NCBI RefSeq assembly: GCF_009914755.1
Contig: NC_060931.1
DNA: 64,000 nt
Reading direction: 5' to 3' (one strand)
Source: the human T2T-CHM13v2.0 reference genome, Homo sapiens
Shown here: positions 17,300-30,496 of the stretch, one piece after another
Layout of the letters: the number at the start of each line of letters is the position of its first letter
Numbering within the stretch: position 1 is the first letter of the stretch
Program-made: the position numbers and the translations under genes
The notes under the pieces: generated by a model
Told to the model about the DNA's origin: nothing
The model's database searches: none
The model's input: the letters and a program-made list of their open reading frames with translations, nothing else

Positions 17300-17451
17300 A
17301 TGAGAAAAAAACCAGGACTGGAAACCAGATGACCTGAATTCAAGTTCCAGCCGTATCACTAGCTACCTGTGTGATCCTGAGCAAGTGAGTTATTTCATCT
17401 ATAAAATGAAGAACTCAGAAGATGTTTTTACCTCTTTTAGATGTTTAGACC

Positions 17452-18034
17452 TGTGATGGTTAATATTAGGTGTCAACTTGATTGGATTAAAGGATGCATA
17501 GATGGCTGGTAAAGTATTGTTTCTGGGTGTGCCTGTGAAGGCATTGCCAGAGGAGATTAACATTTGATTCAATGGACTGGGAGAGGAAGCCCCACCCTCA
17601 ATGTGGGTGGGCACCATCCACTTGTTTGCCAGTGAGGCTAAAACAAAGCAGGTGGAAGAAGGTGGGATGAGCTGGCTTGGTGAGTTCTGGCGTTCATCTT
17701 TCTCCCATGCTGGATGCTTCTTCCCATTCCTCCTGCCCTTGGACATCAGGCTCCAGGTTCTTTGGCCTTTGGACTCTTGGACTTACACCAGTGGTTTGCT
17801 GGGAGATCTAGGGCCTTTGGCCACAGACTGAAGGCTGCACTGTCGGCTTCCCTACACTTGAGGCTTTTGGACTCAGACTGATCCACTACCAACTTTTTTC
17901 TTCCTCAGCTTGCAGATGGCCTATGGTGGGACTTTCTCTTGCGATCATGTGAGCCGATTCTCATTAATAAACTTCCTTTCATATATACATATATCCTGTT
18001 AGTTCTGTCCCTCTGGAGAACCGTGACTAATATA
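17452..18034 (+). mobile_element. MLT2A (HERVL) solo LTR
   Basis: tgtgatggttaatattaggtgtcaacttgattggatta...ctggagaaccgtgactaatata; perfect 5-bp TSD AGACC. Confidence 0.92.
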
Positions 18035-18150
18035 AGACCTAAACATCTAGTGCTAAAATTATGTGATTTTGGCTTAGAACTGTCTCACAAGACCTTCTGC
18101 TATACTCTGTGAACCAGCTATTCACACACAAGCCACAGCCCCCCAACAAC

Positions 18151-18216
18151 TTCTCTCTCTTTCTCTCTCTCTCTTCTTTCTCTCTCTCTCTCTTTCTCTC
18201 TTTCTCTCTCCTTCCT
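18151..18216 (+). repeat. (CT)n-rich microsatellite
   Basis: Direct observation. Confidence 0.9.
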
Positions 18217-18219
18217 CAG

Positions 18220-18690
18220 TGATGGTCTGGAAAGCTAACATTCTTGGTTTTCAGACCCCCTTGTGCTTAAGTGGGATGGCCAAGTTCTTTCTAGCCAAAG
18301 ACATTAGTTGAAATCTCTTGGAGAAACTTTCAGGAAAGCTTTTTTGTTGTTGGTTAAAAAAAAAAAAAAAAAAGACCTGGTGGTGTGACATCCCTTCTGC
18401 CTTTCATTTCTTCTTCCATCTTCCTGATTGTGATGTGACCGTGAGCCCAAAGCCTCAGCAGCAATCTTTGACCATAAACACAAATGTGAGGGCTAAGGCT
18501 GGACTCTACTGCGTGTGGAGGGCAAATATGAAAAGAGCCTACTTTACAAATGCACCACTGAACCGTCATCCCAGACCCAGCTGGCCTACAATCACATTCT
18601 TGTTGCCTGAAACAAATAAATATTTACCTGTTGAAAGCACTGTTAATTGGGCTTCCTGCAAGCTGCAAATGAATGCAGCCCTAACAAACC
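18220..18690 (+). mobile_element. Old MaLR/ERVL LTR fragment (MLT1J/K-like)
   Basis: 3' end gaaacaaataaatatttacctgttgaaagcactgttaattggg...gcagccctaac. Confidence 0.5.
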
Positions 18691-19278
18691 TTAAACACAA
18701 TTATTTTTCCAGGATAGTACCAATTTTAGAAAGACTTCATTACACTTTAAAATGAATCCTACCGCTTGGAATCAGTTTCCATTTCCCTTCACCTTTGTTT
18801 CAAGCTTCTATAACTCCCACTCAGTGTTCAAGACCCCACTTATGCCCCTCTGTCTTGACTCCTCCAAGTAGAGCCCATCACAGCCTCTTTGGTGCCACTT
18901 TCACAACTGGCACTCACTTTTATTTTTGTCCCCATCTCATTGTACTATGATTCATTTAGTCTACCTTTCATCCTATCTAAACCAAGAGTCTCCACGGACA
19001 GATACATTTTATGTAGCTTTGTTTACCACAGATACGGCTCCGAACCTGGTACATAATATATGTTCAACAAAAGGTAGTTTAATTTTGGATAAATACATTC
19101 ACTTACTCATAATCATTAATATCATAATCATTTAGCAAACTCATCACTTATGTGGAAGTGACTGGGGACAACTGAACCTCATGTTGATTGTTCTATCCAC
19201 AGACCTAAATCTGCATAATTGTATATAGACTCACTGCTCCTATCATCTACCTCTAAATACATTATACACTTAACTTTC

Positions 19279-19466
19279 TTTTCATTTATTTATTTTTTTT
19301 CTATAGGTTATGGGGGTACAGGTGGTATTCGGTTACATGCGTAAGTCCTTTAGTGGTGATTTGTGAGATTTTGGTGCACCCATCACCGAGCAGTATTCAC
19401 TGCACCCTATTTGTAGTCTTTTATCGCTCATCCCCTCTCTCACCCTTCCCCCTAAGTCCCTGAAGT
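19279..19466 (-). mobile_element. L1PB 3' end fragment
   Basis: ggggtacaggtggtattcggttacatg...ggtgcacccatcacc; TSD ttaactttc at 19270-19278 and 19467-19475. Confidence 0.88.
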
Positions 19467-20106
19467 TTAACTTTCAAAAGGAGCTTCTTTACAGTGTAAA
19501 AGCTATGCTGAACTCAGCTACCCTCCCACCTTTCTGATGCTTTGTAAGCAGCAGTAGGATTGATCCTGGCTTTGTTCATTACTTTAAGGGAAATAAAAGA
19601 TGTTATGATGGCCCTGAAACTCGTGGGAATGAAAATTGGAGAGCTATTCACAAACAGTGCTCAATAAACATTTATTATGCCTGGGAGGGATGCATTATAC
19701 CTTCCTGGGACAGTGTATATTACAAATGGAGGACACAGCAAGATATTAATTCTTTCTGATCTATTGATTGCCTTGGAACAACACGGGAAGAAGACATTCG
19801 GAATTGCAGGATTGTGTGTGTTTAGGCAGGAATTATCCTTAAAAAGGTCAAATAAGTAATTGGGATGTAATAGGATTGTGTGAGATTACATTAAAGCCTA
19901 CAGTTATTCAGTTTATTACATTTTGCTATAAGCCACTAAAATGTCTATCTATCCAGGCAAATTGAAGCTGATTCAGTTATGTTTAAGAATGCTCAGAAAA
20001 TTAATATTTTAGTGGCCTCATTACTGAAGCTATGGATAAAACATGTTTTCTTTCTCAAGGAAAGTGGTCTTGCCCAGGAAAAGATGCATGATTGAGAAAA
20101 ACATTC

Positions 20107-20382
<276 letters not shown>

Positions 20383-20574
20383 TTAGTGAGGTGACAGGTA
20401 TTAGAAACATACTGGTTCTAACTTGAGACTTTTTCATTGACACAATAATAAAGATAACTTATGTTTTCCTTATTATATGATTGAACATTGTGTCCATGTA
20501 CCATGTGAAGTCCTTGCAAATACCATTAGATGCGCACACCCTAAGGCATGAGTGTAGCAGAAAGAGCACAGGTT

Positions 20575-20975
<401 letters not shown>

Positions 20976-21154
20976 CTAGACAGAGCTGGATATAAACTCT
21001 AACTCTAGCAACCCCACCTACTGTGTAACCTGGACAAGTTCTCTTATCTCTATGCTTCAGTTTCCTTATCTTTGAAATAAGATAACACAGTACCACAACA
21101 GCATACAATTACATAGTAGAATGTCATAATGCTGAAGTGTAAAGATGACCATAG

Positions 21155-22930
21155 TTTGAAACGGTTTAAAATAGCTTTACCTGTCAACTTGGCTAGGCTG
21201 AGCCATGCTTCCCAGAATTCCTTTCTGGTTCAGGTGGGCCTCAAGAGATGTTTTACATGAGATTTGGAGGGTGAAAGTGAAGTGGCAGCCATTTTGATTT
21301 GTATGCTTAGGTTATTATAATAGAAAAATCCAAGTAAAAGCCACTAAACGGATTCTACCGATAAGAATTTAAGCAAACCAAAAGCAGTGTCTCATTCCTG
21401 GAGGGACTGTAGAGAATTAGTGCCACCATAGGACCCCTGAAAGATCAGAGGTGATTATTCCTACCAATCCCCATTTGACTTGCTGATTTGACCTGTGCGG
21501 TAAACAGAATGGCAGTGAATTATCAGAAATTTAATCAGATGGTGACTCCAATTTTCAGAAGTTTACTTAGATGGTGACACAATTGCTGTTATTCCAAACA
21601 TAGTTTCAATTGCTGGAGTAAATCAATACATCCCTTAGCACCTGACATGCTGCTATTGGTCTGGCGAATACTCTCTGTTCTCTGCTGTTAGTAGACATCA
21701 CCAAAAGTAATTTGCTTTCAGCTGAGAAGGCCAGCAATTTTCCTTGGCTGTCCTATTGCCGGGGTATATCAACTCTCCAGCCCTAGTGTATAGGATGTGG
21801 ATCATATTTTTCATGCTGCAGAACATTGTTCTGGTCAATTGCATTGATGATGTTATGTTGACTGGATCTGATGAAGAGGAAGAAATGACTTCTAGCTGCA
21901 TTGGTAAGATATCACCAAAAAATCCACAAATAGCATACAAAAAAAATCATACAATTATGCTACAAAAAAAATCAGAAGCTTTCTATCTTAAAAATTGAAG
22001 GATTCAATGGTCTAAGGCATATCAACATATTCCTTCCATGTTGAAGGGCATGTTGCTGTATCTGGCCCCTCCTACCACTAAGAAAGAGGCACAACCCCTG
22101 GTGAACCTCTCTGGGTTTGGGAAGCAATATATTCCTCATTCAGGCATGTTATTCCACCCATCTACCTAGTGAGCCACAAAGCTTCCAGTGCTGAGTGGGA
22201 TCCACAAGAGAGAGAGTTCTGCAATAGGTCCAGGCTGATGTGCAGGCTTCTCATTTGGGACATAGAACCCATAAGAACTGACGCTACTTGAAGGGTCAGT
22301 GGCAAATAGGGATTCTGCGTGGAGTGTTTGGCAGATCTCTCTAGGGTAAATCATAGTGAAGACTCAAAGGATTTGGGGGAAAATCTGTGGTTCTCTGCTG
22401 ATAACTACTCTCCTTTAGAGAAACAGCTTTTAGATTTCTGCCGGGCCTTAGTAGAGACAAAGTTACTCATGGGCCACCCATCACCATGTGCCTTGAGCTG
22501 CATGTCATGTGTTGGGTGCTTTCTAACCCACCAAGCCATAAAGTTGAGAATACGAAGCAGTGCTCCATCATTAAGCGGAAGTGGTATATATGGACCGAGC
22601 TCCAGCAGGTGCCTATGCCCTCGCCCCGGCTCCACTGGCCCTCAGAAGCCCCGGCCCCCTCCCCTTTCTACACTGCATTTTCTCTCTCTCAACCCATGTG
22701 TATGGCCTCATGGGGAGTCCTCTATGATCACTTGACTGATGGGGAAGAAACAGGCTTGTCGGACTGGCAGTTCTGCCTGATATCTAGACACCACCTAGGA
22801 GTGGGCGGCAGCACTTCCACCCCACTTTGAGACAGCTCTGAAAGGCAGTAGTGAAAGGAAATCCTCCCAGTGCGCAGGACTATAAGTACCGTGTCTGTTC
22901 ATTTTGCCTTGGAGAGATGGCCGGGGGCAG
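21155..22930 (+). mobile_element. Decayed ERVL-class provirus fragment: partial LTR plus pol (RT and RNase H region)
   Basis: LTR-like gtcaacttggctaggctg at ~21183. ORF 21744-21998 has GYINSPAL and LVNCIDDVML (ERVL YIDD motif). ORF 22319 has DNYSPLEKQLL. ORF 22486 has WVLSNPPSHKV..SIIKRKWYI and MASWGVLYDHL. Many stops and frameshifts. Confidence 0.88.
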
Positions 22931-23009
22931 GCAGCGCACCACTCAGTGAGTCCTCTTCAACTCAGGGTGGCTTTCCTGCACATGACTTCCAACAGCTGAT
23001 TCTGGAGGT

Positions 23010-23027
23010 TAGCGCCCCCTAGAGGAG
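23010..23027 (-). promoter_or_regulatory. Candidate CTCF site (CTCCTCTAGGGGGCGCTA)
   Basis: Close match to the CTCF core CCASYAGRKGGCRS with the CpG retained. Confidence 0.6.
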
Positions 23028-23789
23028 ACTCCGGCGTCTCATATTCCCTTTTATCAGACCTGAGGTTGTCAGTGGATTTACATTTTTCCTTAATCAACAG
23101 ACTAGTTCTGTGCCAACTGCCTCCCGCTTAACATAAAGCCAACTTTTAGCTAAATAAAAACTTCTGAATGCTTTTTGAATACAAATAAGAGATCTATGAA
23201 AAATCTAGCCATAGCTTCACATGTCACTGATTCCCAGGGACAGAAGTAGTCAGAGCTTGGACTTTAGATGTCACAGTCCCTCCCTGCTCACCTTCCCAAG
23301 GACTACTTCCAAGGATAGCTGCACAGAGGGTCACGGCCCAGGATGGCCCTGAAGCCCATCCCTGAAAGGTCCCCTGGAGGAGACTGCTTTGCTATTTAGA
23401 ATGTGTCTGAGAAAGCAACCAGGGCTTAGGGATGAGTAAGCACCCCCACCTCTTCATTTGCTCATGGGAAAGATGCACATTTCATGGCATATTTGACACA
23501 CAAACAGTCCCTGGCACTGGGAATGCAAAACAGAAGAAATATGTCGGGATGGGTGGGAAAAGGGGGTCAGGGAGAAGACTCACCACAGTTCCTCGTTCGA
23601 CTTAGGCCACACCAATGACTGGTTCTCCTCTTCCTCCAGACAGCCAAGACAAGCGGGGACAGGACTAGGAATCAGAAATGCCCCCTAAAGTTCAGACTCA
23701 GCTGGAGGAAGGGTGGTTTATACCCACAGCAGCCCTTTCACAGAGTTTGCAACATTATTGCTAAGGCTTCAGTAATTCACCTATCAAAG

Positions 23790-24135
23790 GGACAATTTTT
23801 GCTATAATTTTTGCCATGTACTACCAATATTATAACACTTTTATTTAAGTAAATGTGTATTAAAAGTTTCTTTATATCCACTGCTTTGCATTTTTAAAAT
23901 ATAAAATATGGGCATATGCAAAAATATAGCCATAAATGACAGATAAGTATAAAATTAAATATAAATTTTAAAATACATTATTAAGTTTGAGAGAGACCTT
24001 GTGCCTGCAATCATTCTACACCTGAGAAACACCCTCTCTTTGCTGAAAAAGGAGATAAGAGAATGCCAGGGAGATGTGAGAAAGGATAGGCACTGATCTG
24101 AGGCCTTCTCCTCCACGCAGTCAGAAAGATCACTG
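23790..24135. mobile_element. hAT-Charlie (Charlie4-like) fragment
   Basis: ctctctttgctgaaaaaggagataag...ctgaggccttctcctccacgcagtcagaaagat resembles the recalled Charlie4-type consensus. Confidence 0.45.
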
Positions 24136-27100
24136 TAAAATTTTCTTGCAACATTCAGAGCTAGGGAGAGCTGGATATAAATTTTAGGTCTGCAATTTCA
24201 TGTGTAACTTCTTTCTCTGTGCTTCAGTTCCTTTCCTCATCCGGAAAATGAGCTTAACAAAGGACCACAGTGACATATGGAAATGCAGTACAATGTGCAT
24301 ACGATTTTCAAATGCACGCTGAAATGTCAAGTCATCTATTGCTTTGAAATGTTTCAGGAAAAAAAGAGACAGAGATAGAAGTAAATATAGGAAAATGTCA
24401 ACTGTTCTATCTAGCAGGTACATATAGGGACGTCCACTGTACTAGTCTTTCAGCGTTTCCTTATGTCCCCATGTATGCAACTATGAGAGAAAGGAAGGAG
24501 GGAGCTGGATGTGCTGGGCAGTCCCAGGGCAAAGGTATTCTTCGCTGAATCTGTCCGGCCATCTCCCAAGGTCCCAGGGCTCTGTGCTGTTTCCCAGTCG
24601 CTGATGTGGGCTCCAGGATGAACCCTTGGGGTGGCTCTGTGGTGTGTGTGGAGTGTGGCCTTGTGGAGCCATGGCTACAGGATGGTGCTCAGGGTGCCCT
24701 CTGTGCAGCGCCCCTTGGAGAATGTCCTTAGGAAAGTGAGTAGGGAGGTTGCCATGACCCAACTCAACCTGAGCCTGACCTCGACTTCCTCCCCCTCTTG
24801 TGAGAGTCTGGGACATGTGCAGCCATATGTAGACTTTTCATAGCTTTTTTTTTTTAAGATATATTAATCTGCTGAAATCCAACCTTATGTTAAAAGAGAG
24901 ACACAGCTAAAAGAAAAACACGTCCCACTGATTCAGGAGAAATGCAAAACCACTGATAATCTCAGCTCTGACAAAAGGGAGGCTGTGGAGCTAGAATCTT
25001 CCTTAAAGAGCATTGGCCTTTAGAATGTCAGCAGGAACTTGCAACCTGCCAGAAAACCCTGAGAGCTGAAGAGGGTCAACTTAGTTCCTTAGGAGGACCT
25101 GTAGGAAGAGAAGTCCAGGCCCAGAACAAGAGGAGACAGCTGAAGTCAGGGGAAAGGTCCAGTTTCTGGAAGAGGAACTATGAGTCATCCCACAGGAAAT
25201 AGCTCTTCCAAACAGAGCACTGGTACACAGCTGGTCCCTCACAGCAAGGGGGCCTCCCTAATCTGAAGACAGAGCTCCCCCTCGGAAGTTATGTCTGAGT
25301 ACAAACACGAGAATACTGGAAATACTATAAAAACCATCCAATTTCTTCCTCTCTCCCACCTAAGCTGCCAGGTTATGCTCACCCCGCTCCTCCTTCCATC
25401 CAAGGAACTGTGTATGATATTTCAAGGCCTCATTTTCCTCCTCCCTCCTTGCCTCTTTCTCTTCCTTTCTCTCCTTCTTCCAGACGCCATGCATGGATCC
25501 CACCACTGCCACCACTGTCAAGATCTCACCCAGACTTCACAGCCTGAAAATAGAAATGTGTGCCTGCAAAATTAATTCAGTCTTCAAACAAATCAACGAT
25601 TGCACTTCCCAAAACTATACCAGGAAACTTGGAGCTTTCCTTTGTCTTGCTTAGAAAAAAAATTAATTTTGCCTCTTTCCTTATTAGTTTATGCAGCTGC
25701 TGCTGCTTAAGAGATTATATTTTTGCTAGATGAAGCTATAATATTCAGAGATTTATAAATGATATCATTTACAAAATGATTATATATAATTACTTTTTAT
25801 TTTGCCCTTTAGAGAGTATAAAAACTGTATTTTAATTTTAATTATGTGTACATTATAACCTTAACAATAACGTGAGTAGTATGAGTATCAGCAATAGAAA
25901 AAAAATATTTTTCACTTTAAATGTTGTCTTTGTTTGCCCAAATGCTATATTATAGTTAAAAGGCAAATGTAAAAACTGTTTCATACCTATATAAATATTG
26001 ATTGGCTTTAAAAAACACTTACATGAATTCTTTTCTTCAAAACATTCCTTTCTAATATTCCTCAAAGCAGCTCACTTACACTCAGCATATGTAACAAAAC
26101 TTATCCATAAAACGAAATTACAAAAGGGAATCTTTGTACAGATCCAGACCAAATAGCCACAATGTATAAAACACATTATCAAAATGAAATTGATTAAGTT
26201 GTGAAGCCTTCAGAATGATTTCTAACAGTACTAAATAGTTTATAAATACTTAGTAGATAGTTTACGTATCTGTGAAAAGGAGCTAGTAATGGGAACCTCT
26301 CATCAAGAGAGTCATTGTATGGTAATTAAATAGAATTGTAAAAACAGATGCTATTTTAAAGTATTTAATCTTATAAAACTTCTTTTAATATTACAAACAA
26401 AACAGAAAGAACTAATACATTAATTAAAATCATAAACTTTAGCAACTTTAAGACCTAAGACCAATATTAAATTGAATCAATAAATAATTTTTGATACCTA
26501 GACAATTCCTAAGAACAGGATTCAAAAGACTTATAAGACTTAATATAATTTTAATTTACCCTTATTTCTTGAGATGGCTACAAATTAACAGCGTATGCAA
26601 ATGACTTTTATGATTACATACATTTGTTTTGCTATCTTAAATTTGTTGAAATTAGCTAAAATTTTAAAACAATTCAACAGTTTTCTAGTTTTCTTTTGTG
26701 TTTGGGGAAAAAAGCAGGTTACTTTAGCTACACATAATAATATAAATGGTTGAGTAGACTAGTGCAATAATTACAGAAAAAAGGACTAGGTATATAAGAT
26801 AATTGATGTGATTTGATTGTTAAAATCATTACAATGTATTAAGATGATATAGTATAATATATATTATTTTAACATATATCAACAGATCAATTATATTTTA
26901 AAGTTATAGTTAAAATATTTACATTTATCATTTATTTTTATGTTTATTTACATGCATATACCTAAATACAGCCATGAAGATTTATTTATCTTTCCCTGCA
27001 AATTGTTACATAAATAATATATAAAATTAGTAAAATTAGAAGTAGAGGGTTGGGTTCTTCTTCTTTTTTTTTTTTTTTTCTAAAAGTGACTATCATTCTA

Positions 27101-27644
27101 TAAGGTCTGTGCCCCATACAGTATTACTCTTAAGTACAAACTACCTCTACAGAGAAGGCCCAAAATAAACTAGTTAAATTGACTAGTTAATGGAGAATTC
27201 ATGCTACAGTCAACACTCCTTGTGTCATCAACATATGTACAATTGGAGAGATGGAATAGTCTGTGATTAGACTGAAAGAAAGGGGCATGATCTAGATCCC
27301 TAGAGTAGACCCACTCAGACTTTGACTCATGTTTTCATGGCCTGGGGTTAGTCGCCTGGTCCCCTGGCCTTGGAAAACTAATGAATAGTCATTTTGTCTT
27401 TCATAATTGCCTAGAAACCACTTGACTGATGCATCTTGTACTGAGTCTAAAATGCATAACCATTGTCATGTCAGATCACTCAACAACTCATCTGATAACA
27501 AAAGGAATAAGAGGTACTAATTTGTCCAAATACAAAGAATGTTCTCTAGACAGCCTCCCAACAGGCAGAATCTCAGTAATGGTGAAAAAACCTCAATATC
27601 ATGGATTAATTACCTGTGGTCTAACTTCATCTGCTGTTGGCCAA

Positions 27645-28180
27645 AAGTGAGAATTACAAGAAAAACATATCCAAAAGCCATCAGCTTGCACTAACAGCGA
27701 GACCATGATGTTCTACTGGAGATAAACAATTTCACAGAACACCGACATCAGATGAATTCAATGTGGGACCATGATAGAGTAGGAAAAAAGTCAAATCCCT
27801 TGGAAATTATATCTTAGTACAAACATAAGAATACTGGAATTACTATAAAAACAATCCAATTTCTTCCTCTTTCAGCTCACATGAGTGGCCATTGCCTTTT
27901 TGCCAATTACATCTTCAGTTCCATTCCATTTCTCCCACTTCCAGGTAAAATATTAAGTTGTCCATGCATAGATTTAATTTTACTTCCTGAGAGTATCCAA
28001 CCTAGGAGAGTACCCTGCTTCTTCAAACACCCCCCAAAATCACCTAACAGGCTTAAATCCTGAAATGCTTCCTGATTTCCTCATGGTGTGTGGTCTCCTT
28101 TGTTGCAGCAAGTAACACAGGCAAATTTGTTCCACTGCAGATGTATTCCTTGGCAGTTTTGATTGACAGGCAATGATACC
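27645..28180 (+). mobile_element. ERV1-class (MER-type) solo LTR
   Basis: gagataaacaatttcacagaacacc...aaaatcacctaaca...catggtgtgtggtctcctttgttgcagcaagtaa LTR pattern; subfamily uncertain. Confidence 0.6.
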
Positions 28181-28850
28181 ACCAACAGCTACACTGAGAC
28201 ATTTGATCCAAAAATGATCAAAAGCCAGTGAATACAGAAAAAAAGTGAGAAACAGCAATAATAATTTTCACACACCAGACATGTGCCAGAAGGTATTTTC
28301 ACATTTGCCTTTATCTCACACATCAATTCTATGAAAGCGTTCTCATTAGAGTAATTTTATAGCTCAACACATTAAGCTCAGAGAGTATAAAAGGCTTGCT
28401 CAAGGTAATTTTCATATCACATCTACATTTGCATATATTGTATAGCATTTTTAGCTATGAAATGCTAAGGCTAAAATTCAATTTTAGGTTTCCCCAGCTC
28501 TCAAATCTTTCCCTCTATAACATGATACCTCCAAATACTATTACATTGTTTTAATCAGATTCAAGAACAAATTCTTCTGACTATATTCATGACAGCTTCA
28601 ACAAAAATCCAAGAGACCTATTAAATTTACTGATGGAATTCTGGAGGGTAAGAGTGACAGCTGTTGGTAAGAGGAAATACGGTGCTAAAGAGAAGTGTTT
28701 GGGGGTCAGAGGAAATTGAGGAACTATATTGGGAGATGGATAAAGGAAAGAGGAGCAGCCTGGAGCCATGAAAGGAGAACTAAACTTCCTCCTGCATTAG
28801 ATGATGTATTAAGGATTAAAACTGATGGGTCATGGAAATAGCTGTATTTC

Positions 28851-29149
28851 TTTTTTTTTTTTTTTTCTTGAGACTGAGTCTTGCTCTATGGCCCAGGCTG
28901 GAGTGCAGTGGCATGATGTTGGCTCACTGCAACCTCCATCTCTCAAGTTGAAGTGATTCTCGTGCCTCAGCCTCTCAAGTAGCTGGGATTACAGGTGCCT
29001 ACGACCACACCTGGCTAATTTTTCTATTTTTAGTAGAGACGAGGTGTCACCATGTTGGCCAGGCTGGTCTTTAACTCCTGACATCAGGTGATCCACTTGC
29101 CTCGGCCTCCCAAAGTGCGGGATCACAGGTATGAGCCACCACGTCTGGC
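28851..29149 (-). mobile_element. Alu (AluS)
   Basis: T tail followed by an antisense dimer. Confidence 0.95.
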
Positions 29150-29954
29150 CCCTTTCCCATATTTCAATCCAATAATCCTGATTCTGGAAATTTATCCTAA
29201 GTAATAACTTAGCAAATAAAATATACATATATATGTAGAAATGTTCATTGTAACATATATTTGCAAAGATTTGGAAATAGCATACACATCCAACAATAAG
29301 GAAATAAAATAGCACATTTTATGCTTTATACCATGCAATATTATACAACATAAAAATATAATTGTGAATAATATATGAATAGAAAAATGCTTAATGCCTA
29401 AGGTTCAATTACACACAAATCAGAAAACAAATAAGCAGGAAAAAATAAAATATATGTGAGAGTCACACACAAAGCTGCTGGAGAAACCTTCCATCTGCTC
29501 TAAGGAGTCATTCCCTACCCTAAAGGGAGACATCAGCCACCTGGACCAGATGCTTAGCTGCCACAAGAGGACACCTGGAACCAGCCCCAAGAACTTTGCT
29601 TGAGGGCATCTGAAAGAAAGATCAGCCACCATGGTCCTTCCCCGAGGTTACCAGGGCTCTGGGAGTTGCCTCTCCAACTGCTACTGAGAAGGGCCCACAC
29701 CTTACATGCTCAACTGCTAAATAATCTACAGCTTTCCTCTGATGGCCCTCCTTCTTCAAAGGAAGGACCAATTCCATTATACCACACATCCCATTTGCTT
29801 CAGTCCTCAGCATAATCAGAGACGTGCTTACCCCACACTGATCTGATCTGTAGTGCCCCAATAGGACCTAATCTCCTACTCTCTTCATCCTCCCAAATTA
29901 ACCACCTCTCATCAGCAAAATCACTTTTAATCTCCACCCATACCATAAAAGTTA

Positions 29955-30378
29955 TTTTTTTTTTGAGAGGTCTCCTTCTGGTTGCCCAGGCTGGAGTGCA
30001 GTGGTGTGATCTTGGCTGACTGCAACCTCTGCCTCCCATATCCAAGCAATTCTCCTGCCTAGCCTCCCAAGTAGCTGGGATTACAGGTGTGAACCACCAT
30101 TCCTGGCAAATTTTTGTATTTTTAGTAGAGATGGGGTTTCACCATGTTGGCCAGGCTGGTCTCAAACTCCTGAGCTCAGGTGATACACCTGCCTTGGCCT
30201 CCCAAAGTACTGGGATTACAGGTGTGTGCCACCACGTCCAGCTAGTTTTTGCATTTTTAGTAGAGACAGGGTTCCACCATGTTGGCCAGGCTGGTCTCAA
30301 ACTCCTGACCTCAGGTGATCTGCCCATCTCAAGATCCCAAAGTGCTGGGATTACAGGCATGCGCCACTACTCCCAGCC
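29955..30378 (-). mobile_element. Trimeric Alu (one right arm plus two left arms)
   Basis: The left-arm block tttttagtagaga..ccatgttggccaggctggtctcaaactcctga..tgggattacagg appears twice (~30110-30240 and ~30245-30378). Confidence 0.9.
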
Positions 30379-30496
30379 TGTTTTCCCTTTTTTCTTCTGA
30401 CTGAAACTTGGCTGGCACTGGAGGACATGCTTTACCTGAGCTCCCTTAAAAGATGCACTCTCTGATTTCCATTATGACCCTGCAAGCAAGTGGCAG

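Noticed and set aside
21744-22830. ERVL pol ORFs as a domesticated gene
   Set aside because: Fragmented across frames with stops and an altered YIDD motif.
27062-27079. Poly(T) run as the tail of a processed pseudogene
   Set aside because: No adjacent recognisable mRNA body, poly(A) signal or TSD.
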